A stretch of DNA of 64,000 nt from Syntrophorhabdaceae bacterium (GCA_009783195.1 WRHP01000001.1:7215-71214), one strand, 5' to 3'. Numbered from the stretch's first letter, positions 9,381 to 18,382 are shown. Program-made: numbers and translations. Notes: generated by a model from the letters alone, not told the origin.

Positions 9381-12194
9381 TTAGAACCTGTATTTCACTT
9401 CCGCCATGCCGCCAATACCGTCGCGCACTCCCAGCGACCCTGCGGCCTTGATGTCTATAAATATGTTGCTGCCTGACTTGTAGCCTACGCCTGCTTCAGC
9501 CAGCGCGGAGAAGCCGGACATGTCCGCCCGGTTCGCCTGGTAACCGTCTATGGAAACATTGGGCTTCCCCATTGTTTCCCAATCTGCGGCTATGCCGACA
9601 TAAGGACGCACGCGCTCGCTTGCTTCGTAACCGGCGCGGAAGCCGGAAACGATGCGAAGAGAGTGGGCCGCTTCAAATTCGATACGCTGGCCGAGGCTGT
9701 CGGTAACGTTTCGGTCATTCATTCGGACCCACATTCCGTATCCGTACAGGTCTACCGTAAACCTGGGAGCCGGCTCGAAAACGTGGCCGCCGCCGAGAGA
9801 CACGCCGTGATACGCGCGGCCTTTTTTGCTGAACCTGGAGGAGAGGGAGTCGGTTTCAAAACTCATCATGCTGTAGCCGGTGCGCGCCAACGCCTCGATA
9901 TGCGGGCCGGGAATCCAGTTGGTGAAGGCGCCGGATTCAATGGCTTGCGCAAGGCGCTTGCGGTATTGGATGAACACGCCGCCGCCGTAGCTTTCCAGGT
10001 CTCCGGAGGATCTTATGTTAAAAGAGCCTGAGGGCAGATTTACAGAGTTGCGGGTCTTGTAGCTGCCGATGAACAGCTCGGTGAATACACCCAGTGAAAT
10101 CGGCGATCCATTCTTGTGGTAGGACAATGTGAGCATCCCGGAGCCGCCTTTCAGGTCCGCGTAGCTGCCGGTATCGATGCGTTGCGAGGAGTAGCTTAAA
10201 GTCCCAGATATACCGAAGCCTCTTCCCTCGGTGGCGCTTACGGCGGTTTCCATGCTGTTGCGCAGGAAGGTTTCGGAAAACATGGCGAGTTGGGCGAGCC
10301 CGGCGGCGGCGGCCTCGGAATAGACCTTGCCCATGTTACCCGTGTGCGCCTCGGAAATGCCCAGGAAATATTCGTTGCCTACGCGTTCAATTTCATACGA
10401 ATAGATTCCGTAGCCTGGGTCGGATGTGGTGAAGAGGTCGTTGGACGCGCCCGAGGAGACTTCGGCGATTTTTATTTGAGCGGCAAGATCCGGGGCGCCT
10501 TCCGGTTTCAAGGCGAGAAGAACGGGAGATCCGGGCGCGGTGTCGAAAAGCAGGGTGTCGGCCAATTGCGTGTCGAACAGCACATCCAGGCCGATCTGGC
10601 CGTTGCCGGAGTAATCTCCCATAATGTGAGCGGCTTCGTTTGTTGCGGCGCCGTTGTAAAACGACAGCAAACCGTTGTTGGTCAGATTCAGAAATGTCGC
10701 CGCGTGGCCGACGTCATTTGTCACGTTGAGCGTTGCGCCGTTGTTGACCGCGGCATATTGAAAGTTTTGGACGCCTCCGACATTTGTCAGCCCGCCAAGC
10801 GCCGTCAGGCTGTTGCCGGTTGTACTCCATGACGCCAGGTTTGTTCCGAAAACGGTTCCGGTCACCGAGCCGCCGGATAAATTTACGGCATTGTTAAGAA
10901 CATTGCCGGTTGAAGTTGTGTATCCCCCATAAACATTGCCGGTAACTGCCGTGTCGGCGATATTCACAATGTTGCTCTGGGCGGTTCCCGTTGAAACGCC
11001 GCCTCCGTAAATATTGCCGGTTATCGAGCCGCTGGATAAGGTTACGGTGTTTGCGGTGATATTGCCGGTTGAAGTTGTGTATCCCCCATAAACATCGCCG
11101 GTAACCGCTGCGCCGGCGATATTCACAATGTTGCCCCGCGCGGTTCCTGTTACGACGTCGCCTCCGTAAATATTACCGGTTATAGAACCGCTATTGAGCG
11201 ACACGGAGTTTCTTTCGGTGTCGTTGCTGCCCAGGGAAATTTTTGCGCCATAGACATCCGCCTGGATGGTTCCACCATTAACAATGACCCTGTTCTCGTA
11301 GACCGTAGACGCATTGCCAGTAATATTTTCTCCGCCATATATTGCTCTGCCGGGATGTCCAAGGTTGATTTCCCCTCCATTGATGATTACCGAATTGCCG
11401 AAAATGCTGGATGGATTGCCGGCGCCGCTTTGTCCGCGGCCTCCGTAAATGTTGGCGTTGACGATTTTGCTTTCGTTGTTGATGGTGACCGAGTTGCCGG
11501 ATACTGTGACTCCGGAAGCGAAGCCGTATGCGCCTGAAATAATTTGCCCTTGTACTTCCCCGCCGGAGATTTCTATGCTGTTTCCCCTGAATGCGCCGGG
11601 GACCGTGGCGTACGCGCCATAAACGTTATTGTGTATGACTGCCCCGTGGCCAATAGATACGGAATTCGAATCGCCCGTAACATTGCTGCCGCGTACAACT
11701 CTTCCACCGTAAACGCTGTTTCTTACCATGGCGTTTTCAATTTCGACTTTGTTGTTATTGACGTCGACAAAGGCGCTAAAGCCGCCATATACGTCATATA
11801 CCTGTCCGCCGGTAATGGAAACTCTGTTGTATTCAACGTTGGTCAGGTCTCCAATCCCTCCATAAACATTTCCGGCAGGACTTGTTCTGGTGTCAATAAG
11901 CGGGGGGGTTGGAATGTAGATATTTCCGCTGTTAAAAATGACGGTGTTGTTTGATGAATCGGTTTTCGGGAACAGGGCGTTTACTTGAGGCTGGGTGTTG
12001 GCGGCGGTTGCGTTTGGAAAGTAAATTAACGGGTCATCAAGTTTTGCGGGCTCGTCGTTGTAAACTATGGTCTCGCCTCCCGTCGCTATGCAGGGGAAAA
12101 AGAAAACTGCCGCTAAAAGCAATCCGCTCAAAAGCGCCGGCATCAACCTGGATTCGCAAGACCGAATATTGCTTTCGGCGAAAAACGACATGCG
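9381..12194 (-). CDS. Autotransporter (type Va) outer-membrane protein with a repetitive beta-helix-like passenger (x-I/V-YGG repeats) and a C-terminal beta-barrel translocator
   Basis: The C-terminal ~280 aa has alternating amphipathic beta-strands ending in ...AEVKYRF (terminal aromatic), typical of an autotransporter beta-domain. The passenger carries dozens of 20-25-aa repeats ending in (N/D)(I/V)YGG. The signal peptide is MPALLSGLLLAAVFFFPCIATG. GGGAGG precedes ATGCGCATG at about 12194, which makes the start MRMSFF... a possible extended signal region. Confidence 0.7.
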   Translation of the reverse strand, partial: RMSFFAESNIRSCESRLMPALLSGLLLAAVFFFPCIATGGETIVYNDEPAKLDDPLIYFPNATAANTQPQVNALFPKTDSSNNTVIFNSGNIYIPTPPLIDTRTSPAGNVYGGIGDLTNVEYNRVSITGGQVYDVYGGFSAFVDVNNNKVEIENAMVRNSVYGGRVVRGSNVTGDSNSVSIGHGAVIHNNVYGAYATVPGAFRGNSIEISGGEVQGQIISGAYGFASGVTVSGNSVTINNESKIVNANIYGGRGQSGAGNPSSIFGNSVIINGGEINLGHPGRAIYGGENITGNASTVYENRVIVNGGTIQADVYGAKISLGSNDTERNSVSLNSGSITGNIYGGDVVTGTARGNIVNIAGAAVTGDVYGGYTTSTGNITANTVTLSSGSITGNIYGGGVSTGTAQSNIVNIADTAVTGNVYGGYTTSTGNVLNNAVNLSGGSVTGTVFGTNLASWSTTGNSLTALGGLTNVGGVQNFQYAAVNNGATLNVTNDVGHAATFLNLTNNGLLSFYNGAATNEAAHIMGDYSGNGQIGLDVLFDTQLADTLLFDTAPGSPVLLALKPEGAPDLAAQIKIAEVSSGASNDLFTTSDPGYGIYSYEIERVGNEYFLGISEAHTGNMGKVYSEAAAAGLAQLAMFSETFLRNSMETAVSATEGRGFGISGTLSYSSQRIDTGSYADLKGGSGMLTLSYHKNGSPISLGVFTELFIGSYKTRNSVNLPSGSFNIRSSGDLESYGGGVFIQYRKRLAQAIESGAFTNWIPGPHIEALARTGYSMMSFETDSLSSRFSKKGRAYHGVSLGGGHVFEPAPRFTVDLYGYGMWVRMNDRNVTDSLGQRIEFEAAHSLRIVSGFRAGYEASERVRPYVGIAADWETMGKPNVSIDGYQANRADMSGFSALAEAGVGYKSGSNIFIDIKAAGSLGVRDGIGGMAEVKYRF
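10888..11175. repeat. Near-identical tandem duplication (2 x ~144 bp, i.e. 2 x 48 aa) inside the autotransporter passenger
   Basis: Read directly. The unit ...attgccggttgaagttgtgtatcccccataaacat(t/c)gccggtaac...ggcgatattcacaatgttgc...cctccgtaaatatt(g/a)ccggttat... occurs twice back-to-back at >90% identity. The protein reads TGDVYGGYTTSTGNITANTVTLSSGSITGNIYGG / TGNVYGGYTTSTGNVLNNAVNLSGGSVTG. Confidence 0.6.
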
Positions 12195-12359
12195 CATACC
12201 TCCCTGGCTGTGTATTGCGCGAGAACAGGACCATGTCAAACAACGTAATCCCGGCAAACTGAAAAGCGACTTTAAGCGTGGTCGGCGAAAGTTTTAAGTT
12301 TACGGCTGACAAGCATTAGCTGTGTTTCTTGATTGTTTTACAATACACCATGTTTTTTG

Positions 12360-12555
12360 GGAAGAAAAAAATGCCCGATACATTTTCCAGAAGGATATGT
12401 CCTTTCGACAGAAATGATGCCGTAGCTAAATCGACAGCTTCCCGTTTTTACGTGAGGATAGATTCAGTATTTGCGCGGAAGTCAGATAGAAAAGACGACA
12501 GAATGCGGTTTTTAAGAAAGTTGTTATCCGATACTTTGTCCGTTCTTTGACAAAA
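12360..12555 (-). pseudogene. Degenerate duplicate of the moxR promoter and 5' end (first ~55 codons, in-frame stop), lying upstream of the autotransporter gene
   Basis: Direct DNA comparison with 9100-9290 (real moxR start and promoter) gives ~75% identity over ~195 bp. Both copies share the GGATATGTCCT...CAGAAATGA(C/T)GCC(A/G)TAGC...TTCCCGTTT...TTTGCGCGGAA block and the TTGT(A/C)A...GATAA(T/C) promoter-like block. Minus-strand translation of the copy reads LSSFLSDFRANTESILT*KREAVDLATASFLSKGHILLEN, against MoxR LSSLLSSFRANIESILLGKREVVDLAMASFLAGGHILLED. The spurious track ORF 12329-12550(+) is antisense to this fragment. Confidence 0.55.
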
Positions 12556-12571
12556 TAGTCCGTGAAAGAGG

Positions 12572-12961
12572 CTACACATCCAGTTGCGCCGCATCAATAC
12601 CAAATACTTTTGCTATCCGGCGCAATGTTGATATGCGCGGATTGACCTTGCCGGATTCCATACGGGCATACACCGGTTGAGAGACATTCATTGCTCTGGC
12701 GACATTTCCTTGAGTCAAGCCCAAATACTCCCGCCATGCCCGGATGATGGAGAATTTATTTTTCAGCATCATGCCTACCACATCATCGGGAATGGCATGC
12801 GGGTCATTGCGGACAGCTTCGATTTCCGCATCGCTCAGAATATCTTTACGATCTTCAATGCCTTTTGTTCCCGTCAGCTTCAGATATTCTTTGTAGGGAA
12901 TGACTACGGCAACGGGGATACCGTTATGTGTGACAACCTGATGGTTAGTATGTGCGTTCAT
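12572..12961 (-). CDS. HigA-like antitoxin (XRE-type HTH at the C-terminus)
   Basis: 129 aa. The C-terminus has a helix-turn-helix (LGLTQGNVARAMNVSQPVYARMESGKVNPRISTLRRIAKVFGI). It sits immediately downstream of the RelE/ParE-family toxin gene and overlaps it by 17 bp. The order toxin then antitoxin matches higBA. Confidence 0.7.
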   Translation of the reverse strand: MNAHTNHQVVTHNGIPVAVVIPYKEYLKLTGTKGIEDRKDILSDAEIEAVRNDPHAIPDDVVGMMLKNKFSIIRAWREYLGLTQGNVARAMNVSQPVYARMESGKVNPRISTLRRIAKVFGIDAAQLDV

Positions 12962-13205
12962 CTCTTTTCCGTACCTCCATCACTCGAAAAACTGTAATGT
13001 GTCCATTCGGTAAAACCAGAAACAATACACGATAGCGGCCTACTCTCAAGCGGTAATCGTTGCGGTTCGTAAGAGCCTTGACGCCACGTGAACGAGGCCA
13101 CTCGGCAAGCATGGTATGCAGCGATGCGCGTATGGTTGCCTGCGTATTTTCCGGCAGCTTAAAAAGCTGTTTAATCGCTGTCTTCGTCCATTCGAGCTTA
13201 TTCAT
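12945..13205 (-). CDS. RelE/ParE-superfamily toxin (HigB-like, type II TA)
   Basis: 86 aa with the RelE/ParE-like pattern (...NDYRLRVGRYRVLFLVLPNGHITVFRVMEVRKRDE..) and a basic C-terminus. It is paired with the downstream HTH antitoxin. Confidence 0.7.
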   Translation of the reverse strand: MNKLEWTKTAIKQLFKLPENTQATIRASLHTMLAEWPRSRGVKALTNRNDYRLRVGRYRVLFLVLPNGHITVFRVMEVRKRDERTY

Positions 13206-13450
13206 ATCTTATAATAGCTTTAAATATCTTTTTCGTCAAAGAGGCGTATTGGCTTGGCGTTGCCGGCGTCGACGATTATGGGCGGTTTTTTTCGCGCTAA
13301 AAACAGCGGCGCCGCGGATAAAAAAATCCGCGACGCCGTTGACTCATGCTTGTATACGACCGCTGTTAAATCACGCTCCGGTTGTTACTTGCTACGAAGA
13401 TACCTTCCCGCGATGGAACAGCCGGGCTGCTAAAAGCGCGTCGGCGCGTG

Positions 13451-14218
13451 TTAAGAAGGGTCGGGAAGAAAAACCCACTTGTACTCACTGCCTGGCGCTC
13501 CTGTTTCAAAATAGGTAATAGGGGCTACGGTTTTCGCAGTTATCATATTCCAGCCGGGTCGCGCGGATATATTAAACACAGTGTTAGGATCGGGGGTGCC
13601 GGTTACCGTAAGCGGGTTTACGCCGCCAACATAAAGATACATTAGCCTGTCAGGTTTTGTACCTATAGGAAACGATGGGGAGTTTATATACGATAGAAAC
13701 GTTTCTTTGAGAGGGGTAGGAGGGGTTGCCCAAATAAACCCATAGTAGTCGATAGTAGCCCCCGAAAAAGTATCGAGAAAAACTATCGGTGTGCCACTGC
13801 CTCCGTGCAGATCTAAGCCGAAAGGAAATACGGTTCCCGCATTGCGAAAAGCGGTTGGGAATGGCTTTCCAATATTGATATTTACTTTGCCGTTTTCTAT
13901 TTCAACGAATGAGCTGTCTATCTCATCGCTGATGGTAACAGGTCCATATGGTTCTGTTGGATTAAAATATTTGCCAAAACTAAAGGTTAAAGTTGACGGG
14001 CACTTGTCAACGGTATACGCCGGAGCCGGAGAAATACAGTAAGCCTGCATGTCGGATACGCTGATAGTGTCGCCGCCTACATGGATCGGGTTGCTGCTAT
14101 CGCCGCCGCCACCTCCGCCGCAGGCAACCAGCCCGAAGCTCAACGCCAGCGTCAGCGTCAGAGTTAAACCGATAATCCATATTAAATAGCGATTTCCTTC
14201 CTTTTTTTTGTTCATCAT
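13451..14218 (-). CDS. Hypothetical lipoprotein (signal peptide, lipobox LVAC, then a Gly6 linker). No recognisable domain.
   Basis: 255 aa: MMNKKKEGNRYLIWIIGLTLTLTLALSFGLVACGGGGGGDSS.... The region is visibly AT-richer than its flanks. No family was recognised. Confidence 0.55.
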   Translation of the reverse strand: MMNKKKEGNRYLIWIIGLTLTLTLALSFGLVACGGGGGGDSSNPIHVGGDTISVSDMQAYCISPAPAYTVDKCPSTLTFSFGKYFNPTEPYGPVTISDEIDSSFVEIENGKVNINIGKPFPTAFRNAGTVFPFGLDLHGGSGTPIVFLDTFSGATIDYYGFIWATPPTPLKETFLSYINSPSFPIGTKPDRLMYLYVGGVNPLTVTGTPDPNTVFNISARPGWNMITAKTVAPITYFETGAPGSEYKWVFLPDPS

Positions 14219-14568
14219 GTCGCCCTCCTGGCGGAGTAAATATCCGTAATGGATAACCGCCCGTCAAATCTTTCCGGTTTAAAATCTTGTTTGAACGGCA
14301 TTTTCACGCTTTGCGTGAAGCGTTTTCAGTATCACAGGCAAGAGAGAGCGTTGTCAATAACCGGCGTTGCCGCCGCCTGCCGCCATGAATGGCGGGAAAG
14401 CGCCCGAACGGAAGAGAGTTTTCAAGCGAAAGAAGCCTCTTCCTCATGTTCGCGCGTACGCTGTGATGGTTGTGGTTTTCGCGCGGTTGAATGAATTCAA
14501 GGGTATTTGTGAGGTTTATCGCGTTATCCTGAAAAACTAATGCGCTTTTACGCGTTCGAGAGGGGTAG

Positions 14569-16218
14569 ATGACGCTTCGCGTGCTGCCGTTGGGCGGTCT
14601 TGGTGAGGTAGGCATGAATTCCATGCTGTTTGACAGCGGAGAGACTGCGTTTCTGCTGGATGCCGGGCTTATGTTTCCTGATGACACGATGCTTGGCATC
14701 GACTACGTGGTGCCGGATTTTTCTCTTCTTCATGAAGCCGCCCCGCATCTGTGCGCTCTTCTTCTGACGCACGGCCATGAGGATCACATAGGAGGAGTCC
14801 CGTTTCTGCTGAAGGAGTTTGATGTGCCTGTGTACGGGACGCCGCTGACGCTTGGGTTGCTGCGTCACCGGCTTTCGGAGCACGGGCTGGAGCGCGCGCG
14901 GCTTATGCCTATAGCGCGGAAGGCGCGGTTTCGCGTCGGAGATTTTGATATCGAGGCGTTTCCGGTGTGCCACAGCATTCCCGACGCGGTCGGCTATATA
15001 TTGCGATGCGGCGAAGGAACCTTCGTTCATACGGGAGATTTCAAGATCGACGCGTCTCCGCTCGACGGCGTTCCGACCGGCATTGAGAGGCTTAAAGAGG
15101 TATCCGAAAAAGAAGGCGTCATCGCGCTGTTCTCCGACTCCACCAATATCGAGCAGGATGGACACAGCCTGCCGGAGAAATTCGTGGGGGAAGCGCTCTC
15201 GGAGGTTTTCGCGGAAGCGCGCGGCCGGGTTATCGTGGCGATGTTTTCCTCGAATCTCCATCGGGTGCGGGAGGCGCTCAAAGCGGCGGCCCGGTGCGGC
15301 CGGCGCGTTGCCCTCAGCGGAAAAAGCATGATTCGCAACGTAGAGACGGCGATTGACCTTGGCTACCTGGTTCTTCCGCAGCCGAATATCCTGGCGCCGA
15401 TAGAGGACGCGGCCCTGCTACCGGACCGGAGGGTGGTCGTGGTAACAACGGGAACGCAGGGAGAGTCGCGGTCGGCCCTGAGCCTGATGGCGTTGGGTGA
15501 GCACAAATACATAAAGGTTCGGCCCGGAGACACGGTGGTTCTTTCTTCCAAATTCATTCCGGGCAACGAGCGCGCTATAGCCGGCATGATCAACCGGCTT
15601 TTCCTCGCGGGGGCGGATGTGCTCTATGAGAAAATATCAGAGATCCATGTATCCGGACACGGAAGCCGTGAAGAGTTGGAGGAGATGATAGAGGCGGTCA
15701 GGCCGGAAAACTTTATTCCCGTGCATGGAGAGCCTCGGTTGCTGGTGCGGCACCGGAATCTTGCCCGCAAGCTCGGAGTTCCCGGCACGGAGATGGCGCT
15801 AAACGGCGATGTCTTGCTGTTCAAGGATGGAATGGTGGAGCGCGCGGACCGGATGGAGGTCGGGCGTTTCTTTGTGGACGGCAAAGGAGTAGGGGATGTC
15901 GAAGGCGTGGTACTAAAGGATCGGTATAACCTTTCCCAGGTTGGTTTGGTGATGGTTGCCTTGGTTCTTTCCCCGGCTACCGGCGAAGTGTTGTACGGGC
16001 CCGATATAATTGCGCGCGGCGTTCTCATGGAAAACGGTGAAGAAGAACTGCTGGATGGAGCAAAAAGCGAAGTGCTTAAGGTTCTCGATGAATTACACGC
16101 CGAGGCGCGGACCGATTTCGACGAGATGCGGGCCGACATCCGGCGCGTACTGCGCAGGTATTTCAATAAACGGCTGGAACGAAAGCCCATGATCGTTCCG
16201 GTCCTGATGGAGCTATAA
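14569..16218 (+). CDS. rnj: Ribonuclease J (metallo-beta-lactamase / beta-CASP RNase)
   Basis: 549 aa with HGHEDHIGG (the MBL motif II), a beta-CASP region and a C-terminal domain. The overall pattern matches RNase J. Confidence 0.9.
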   Translation: MTLRVLPLGGLGEVGMNSMLFDSGETAFLLDAGLMFPDDTMLGIDYVVPDFSLLHEAAPHLCALLLTHGHEDHIGGVPFLLKEFDVPVYGTPLTLGLLRHRLSEHGLERARLMPIARKARFRVGDFDIEAFPVCHSIPDAVGYILRCGEGTFVHTGDFKIDASPLDGVPTGIERLKEVSEKEGVIALFSDSTNIEQDGHSLPEKFVGEALSEVFAEARGRVIVAMFSSNLHRVREALKAAARCGRRVALSGKSMIRNVETAIDLGYLVLPQPNILAPIEDAALLPDRRVVVVTTGTQGESRSALSLMALGEHKYIKVRPGDTVVLSSKFIPGNERAIAGMINRLFLAGADVLYEKISEIHVSGHGSREELEEMIEAVRPENFIPVHGEPRLLVRHRNLARKLGVPGTEMALNGDVLLFKDGMVERADRMEVGRFFVDGKGVGDVEGVVLKDRYNLSQVGLVMVALVLSPATGEVLYGPDIIARGVLMENGEEELLDGAKSEVLKVLDELHAEARTDFDEMRADIRRVLRRYFNKRLERKPMIVPVLMEL

Positions 16219-16222
16219 GACG

Positions 16223-18382
16223 TTGGCCGACATGACAAGGTTCAAGCGTGACAGCATGGCGATCCTGTTCCTGACGGTGGGGCTGTATCTTTCGCTTTCG
16301 CTTGTTTCCTTTCATCAGCACGATCCGTCTCTCTCATCGGCGTCCATACCGGAGACTCCGGCGCTTAACTGGGGCGGAAAAGTGGGGGCGGTGCTTGCCG
16401 ATCTGCTGATACAGGTGTTCGGGATAGGAGCGATTGCGTTTCCATTCCTCTGCATTATGCTTGCGGTCTGGAGTTTTCGCGGCGGCGATATGCTCGATCA
16501 CCGGAAACGCGCGGCGGGGGGGCTTTTGGCCGTTTGCTCCGTTTTGGGGATTCTGAGTTTCTTCGCCGGACATGTGTCGGTCTTCGGGCAGAACATTTAC
16601 CTTCCCGGAGTTGTCGGGGAATTGCTTGGGAAGCAGCTTTTAGGGAGGCTTCTGAGTACCGCCGGAGGACTGCTGCTGCTCTTCGCCACATTGCTGTTAT
16701 CGCTGATGCTGATGACCGGGGCGCCTCTGAGCGGGCTGCCGGGATTTTGGCGCAGGGAAGAGAAACATTCGGATAAAGTGCGGGCGATGGTGAAGGAAAA
16801 GCTCGTGCCGAAGGAACCGTGGGAGATAGAGGAAGAGTCGCTGCTGCGCAAGGAAGCGGCTATGGAGGCCGCGAGGCCAAAGGTTATTCCGCCGCGTCCG
16901 GCTGACGAAGAGGCTTCCGTTCGCCGCGCCGCCGGAGAAGCCTTTGTTCTCCCGCTGCTTGATCTGCTGGAGCCGTCGAAAGAACAGGAAGGAAAGCCCG
17001 ACGACTCGACGCTGCGGGAAAACGCTCGCGCGCTGCTGTCGAAGCTGACCGAGCATGGCATCGACGGTTCTATAACGGAGATCCAGGCCGGCCCGCTGGT
17101 CACAATGTACGAGTTCAAACCGGCGCCCGGAGTCAAGGCGAACCGTGTATCCTCGATGGCCGGCGATCTCGCGCTGGCGATGCGGTGCGAATCGGTGCGC
17201 GTTGTCCCCAACATTCCCGGAAAAGGGGTTATGGGCTTTGAGATTCCCAACGCCCACAGATCATCCATAGTCTTGCGGGAAATGCTCGGAAGCGCGGCCT
17301 ACGTATCGGCGCCTTTTACCCTGGCGCTTGCGTTGGGGAAAGACATATTCGGCGATCCGGTTGTAAGGGATCTTGCGAAGATGCCTCACTTGCTGATTGC
17401 GGGCGCGACAGGTTCGGGCAAGAGCGTGGCGTTGCACACCATGATCTTGTCGATCCTGTTCCGGGCTACTCCGGAGGATGTCCGGCTGATCCTGGTTGAC
17501 CCGAAAATGCTTGAGCTTTCGCTGTATGAAGATATACCGCATTTGTATCATCCCGTCGTCACTCAGCCGCGCGAAGCGGCGCTTGTGCTCAAGTGGGCGG
17601 TGGGAGAGATGCGGGGCCGGTACCAGTTGATGATGGAAAACGGTGTTCGCAATATCGACGCTTTTAACCAGTTGGCCGGGAAGCGGCAGCGGACGGAAGG
17701 ATGGGTGAAGGGGCAAGGCGAAGGGGAAGACATAGCCAGGCTTCCGTACATTGTCATAATCATAGACGAACTGGCGGATCTGATGATGACCACCGCCTCA
17801 AAGAGAGAGGTGGAGGATTCCATCACCCAGCTTACACAGATGGCGCGCGCGGCCGGGATACATCTGATTTTCGCGACCCAACGCCCTTCCGTCGATGTGC
17901 TCACCGGGATCATCAAGGCCAATTTCCCGTCGCGGGTCTCCTTCAAAGTGACCTCCCAGATAGATTCCCGGACCATCCTGGATCAGGGCGGAGCGGAGAC
18001 CCTTCTTGGGTTTGGCGACATGTTGTTCCTGCAGCCTGGCGTGACGGGGATAATGAGGGTGCACGGTCCGTATGTGAGCGAAGAAGAAATTTATCGTGTA
18101 GTGGGCCATTTGAAGGCGCAGGGCGCGCCGATATTCGATTCGGCGATCACCACGCCGTCTTTTATGGAAGAGCCGGATTCGTTCAGGGACGAGATGTTTG
18201 ACGCGGCTGTGGAGGAAGTTTGCCGTTCTGGGCGCGCGTCGGTCTCCTTCCTTCAGCGACGTCTGAAGATAGGGTTCAATAGGGCGGCGCGGATTATCGA
18301 GGAGATGGAACGGCAAGGGATTATCGGCCCCGCCGAGGGAGGAAAGCAGCGCGAGGTCTTCATGCTTCGCAGGGAGGAATAA
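16223..18382 (+). CDS. ftsK: DNA translocase FtsK/SpoIIIE
   Basis: 719 aa. It has N-terminal TM helices, a Pro/Glu-rich linker, the motor domain (LIAGATGSGKSVALHTMILSIL; FATQRPSVDVLTG), and a C-terminal gamma winged-helix domain. Confidence 0.9.
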   Translation: MADMTRFKRDSMAILFLTVGLYLSLSLVSFHQHDPSLSSASIPETPALNWGGKVGAVLADLLIQVFGIGAIAFPFLCIMLAVWSFRGGDMLDHRKRAAGGLLAVCSVLGILSFFAGHVSVFGQNIYLPGVVGELLGKQLLGRLLSTAGGLLLLFATLLLSLMLMTGAPLSGLPGFWRREEKHSDKVRAMVKEKLVPKEPWEIEEESLLRKEAAMEAARPKVIPPRPADEEASVRRAAGEAFVLPLLDLLEPSKEQEGKPDDSTLRENARALLSKLTEHGIDGSITEIQAGPLVTMYEFKPAPGVKANRVSSMAGDLALAMRCESVRVVPNIPGKGVMGFEIPNAHRSSIVLREMLGSAAYVSAPFTLALALGKDIFGDPVVRDLAKMPHLLIAGATGSGKSVALHTMILSILFRATPEDVRLILVDPKMLELSLYEDIPHLYHPVVTQPREAALVLKWAVGEMRGRYQLMMENGVRNIDAFNQLAGKRQRTEGWVKGQGEGEDIARLPYIVIIIDELADLMMTTASKREVEDSITQLTQMARAAGIHLIFATQRPSVDVLTGIIKANFPSRVSFKVTSQIDSRTILDQGGAETLLGFGDMLFLQPGVTGIMRVHGPYVSEEEIYRVVGHLKAQGAPIFDSAITTPSFMEEPDSFRDEMFDAAVEEVCRSGRASVSFLQRRLKIGFNRAARIIEEMERQGIIGPAEGGKQREVFMLRREE

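Noticed and set aside
9663-11954. Several 120-180-aa plus-strand ORFs inside the autotransporter gene
   Set aside because: Antisense to the long repeat-rich autotransporter CDS. The open frames are created by repeat and GC composition.
13263-13352. Possible rho-independent terminator downstream of the lipoprotein gene
   Set aside because: A hairpin (CCGCGGAT-A7-ATCCGCGA) exists, but the T-run is in the loop rather than 3' of the stem on the relevant strand. It is kept only as a note inside the boundary finding.
14548-16238. 237-aa and 204-aa minus-strand ORFs
   Set aside because: Antisense to rnj.
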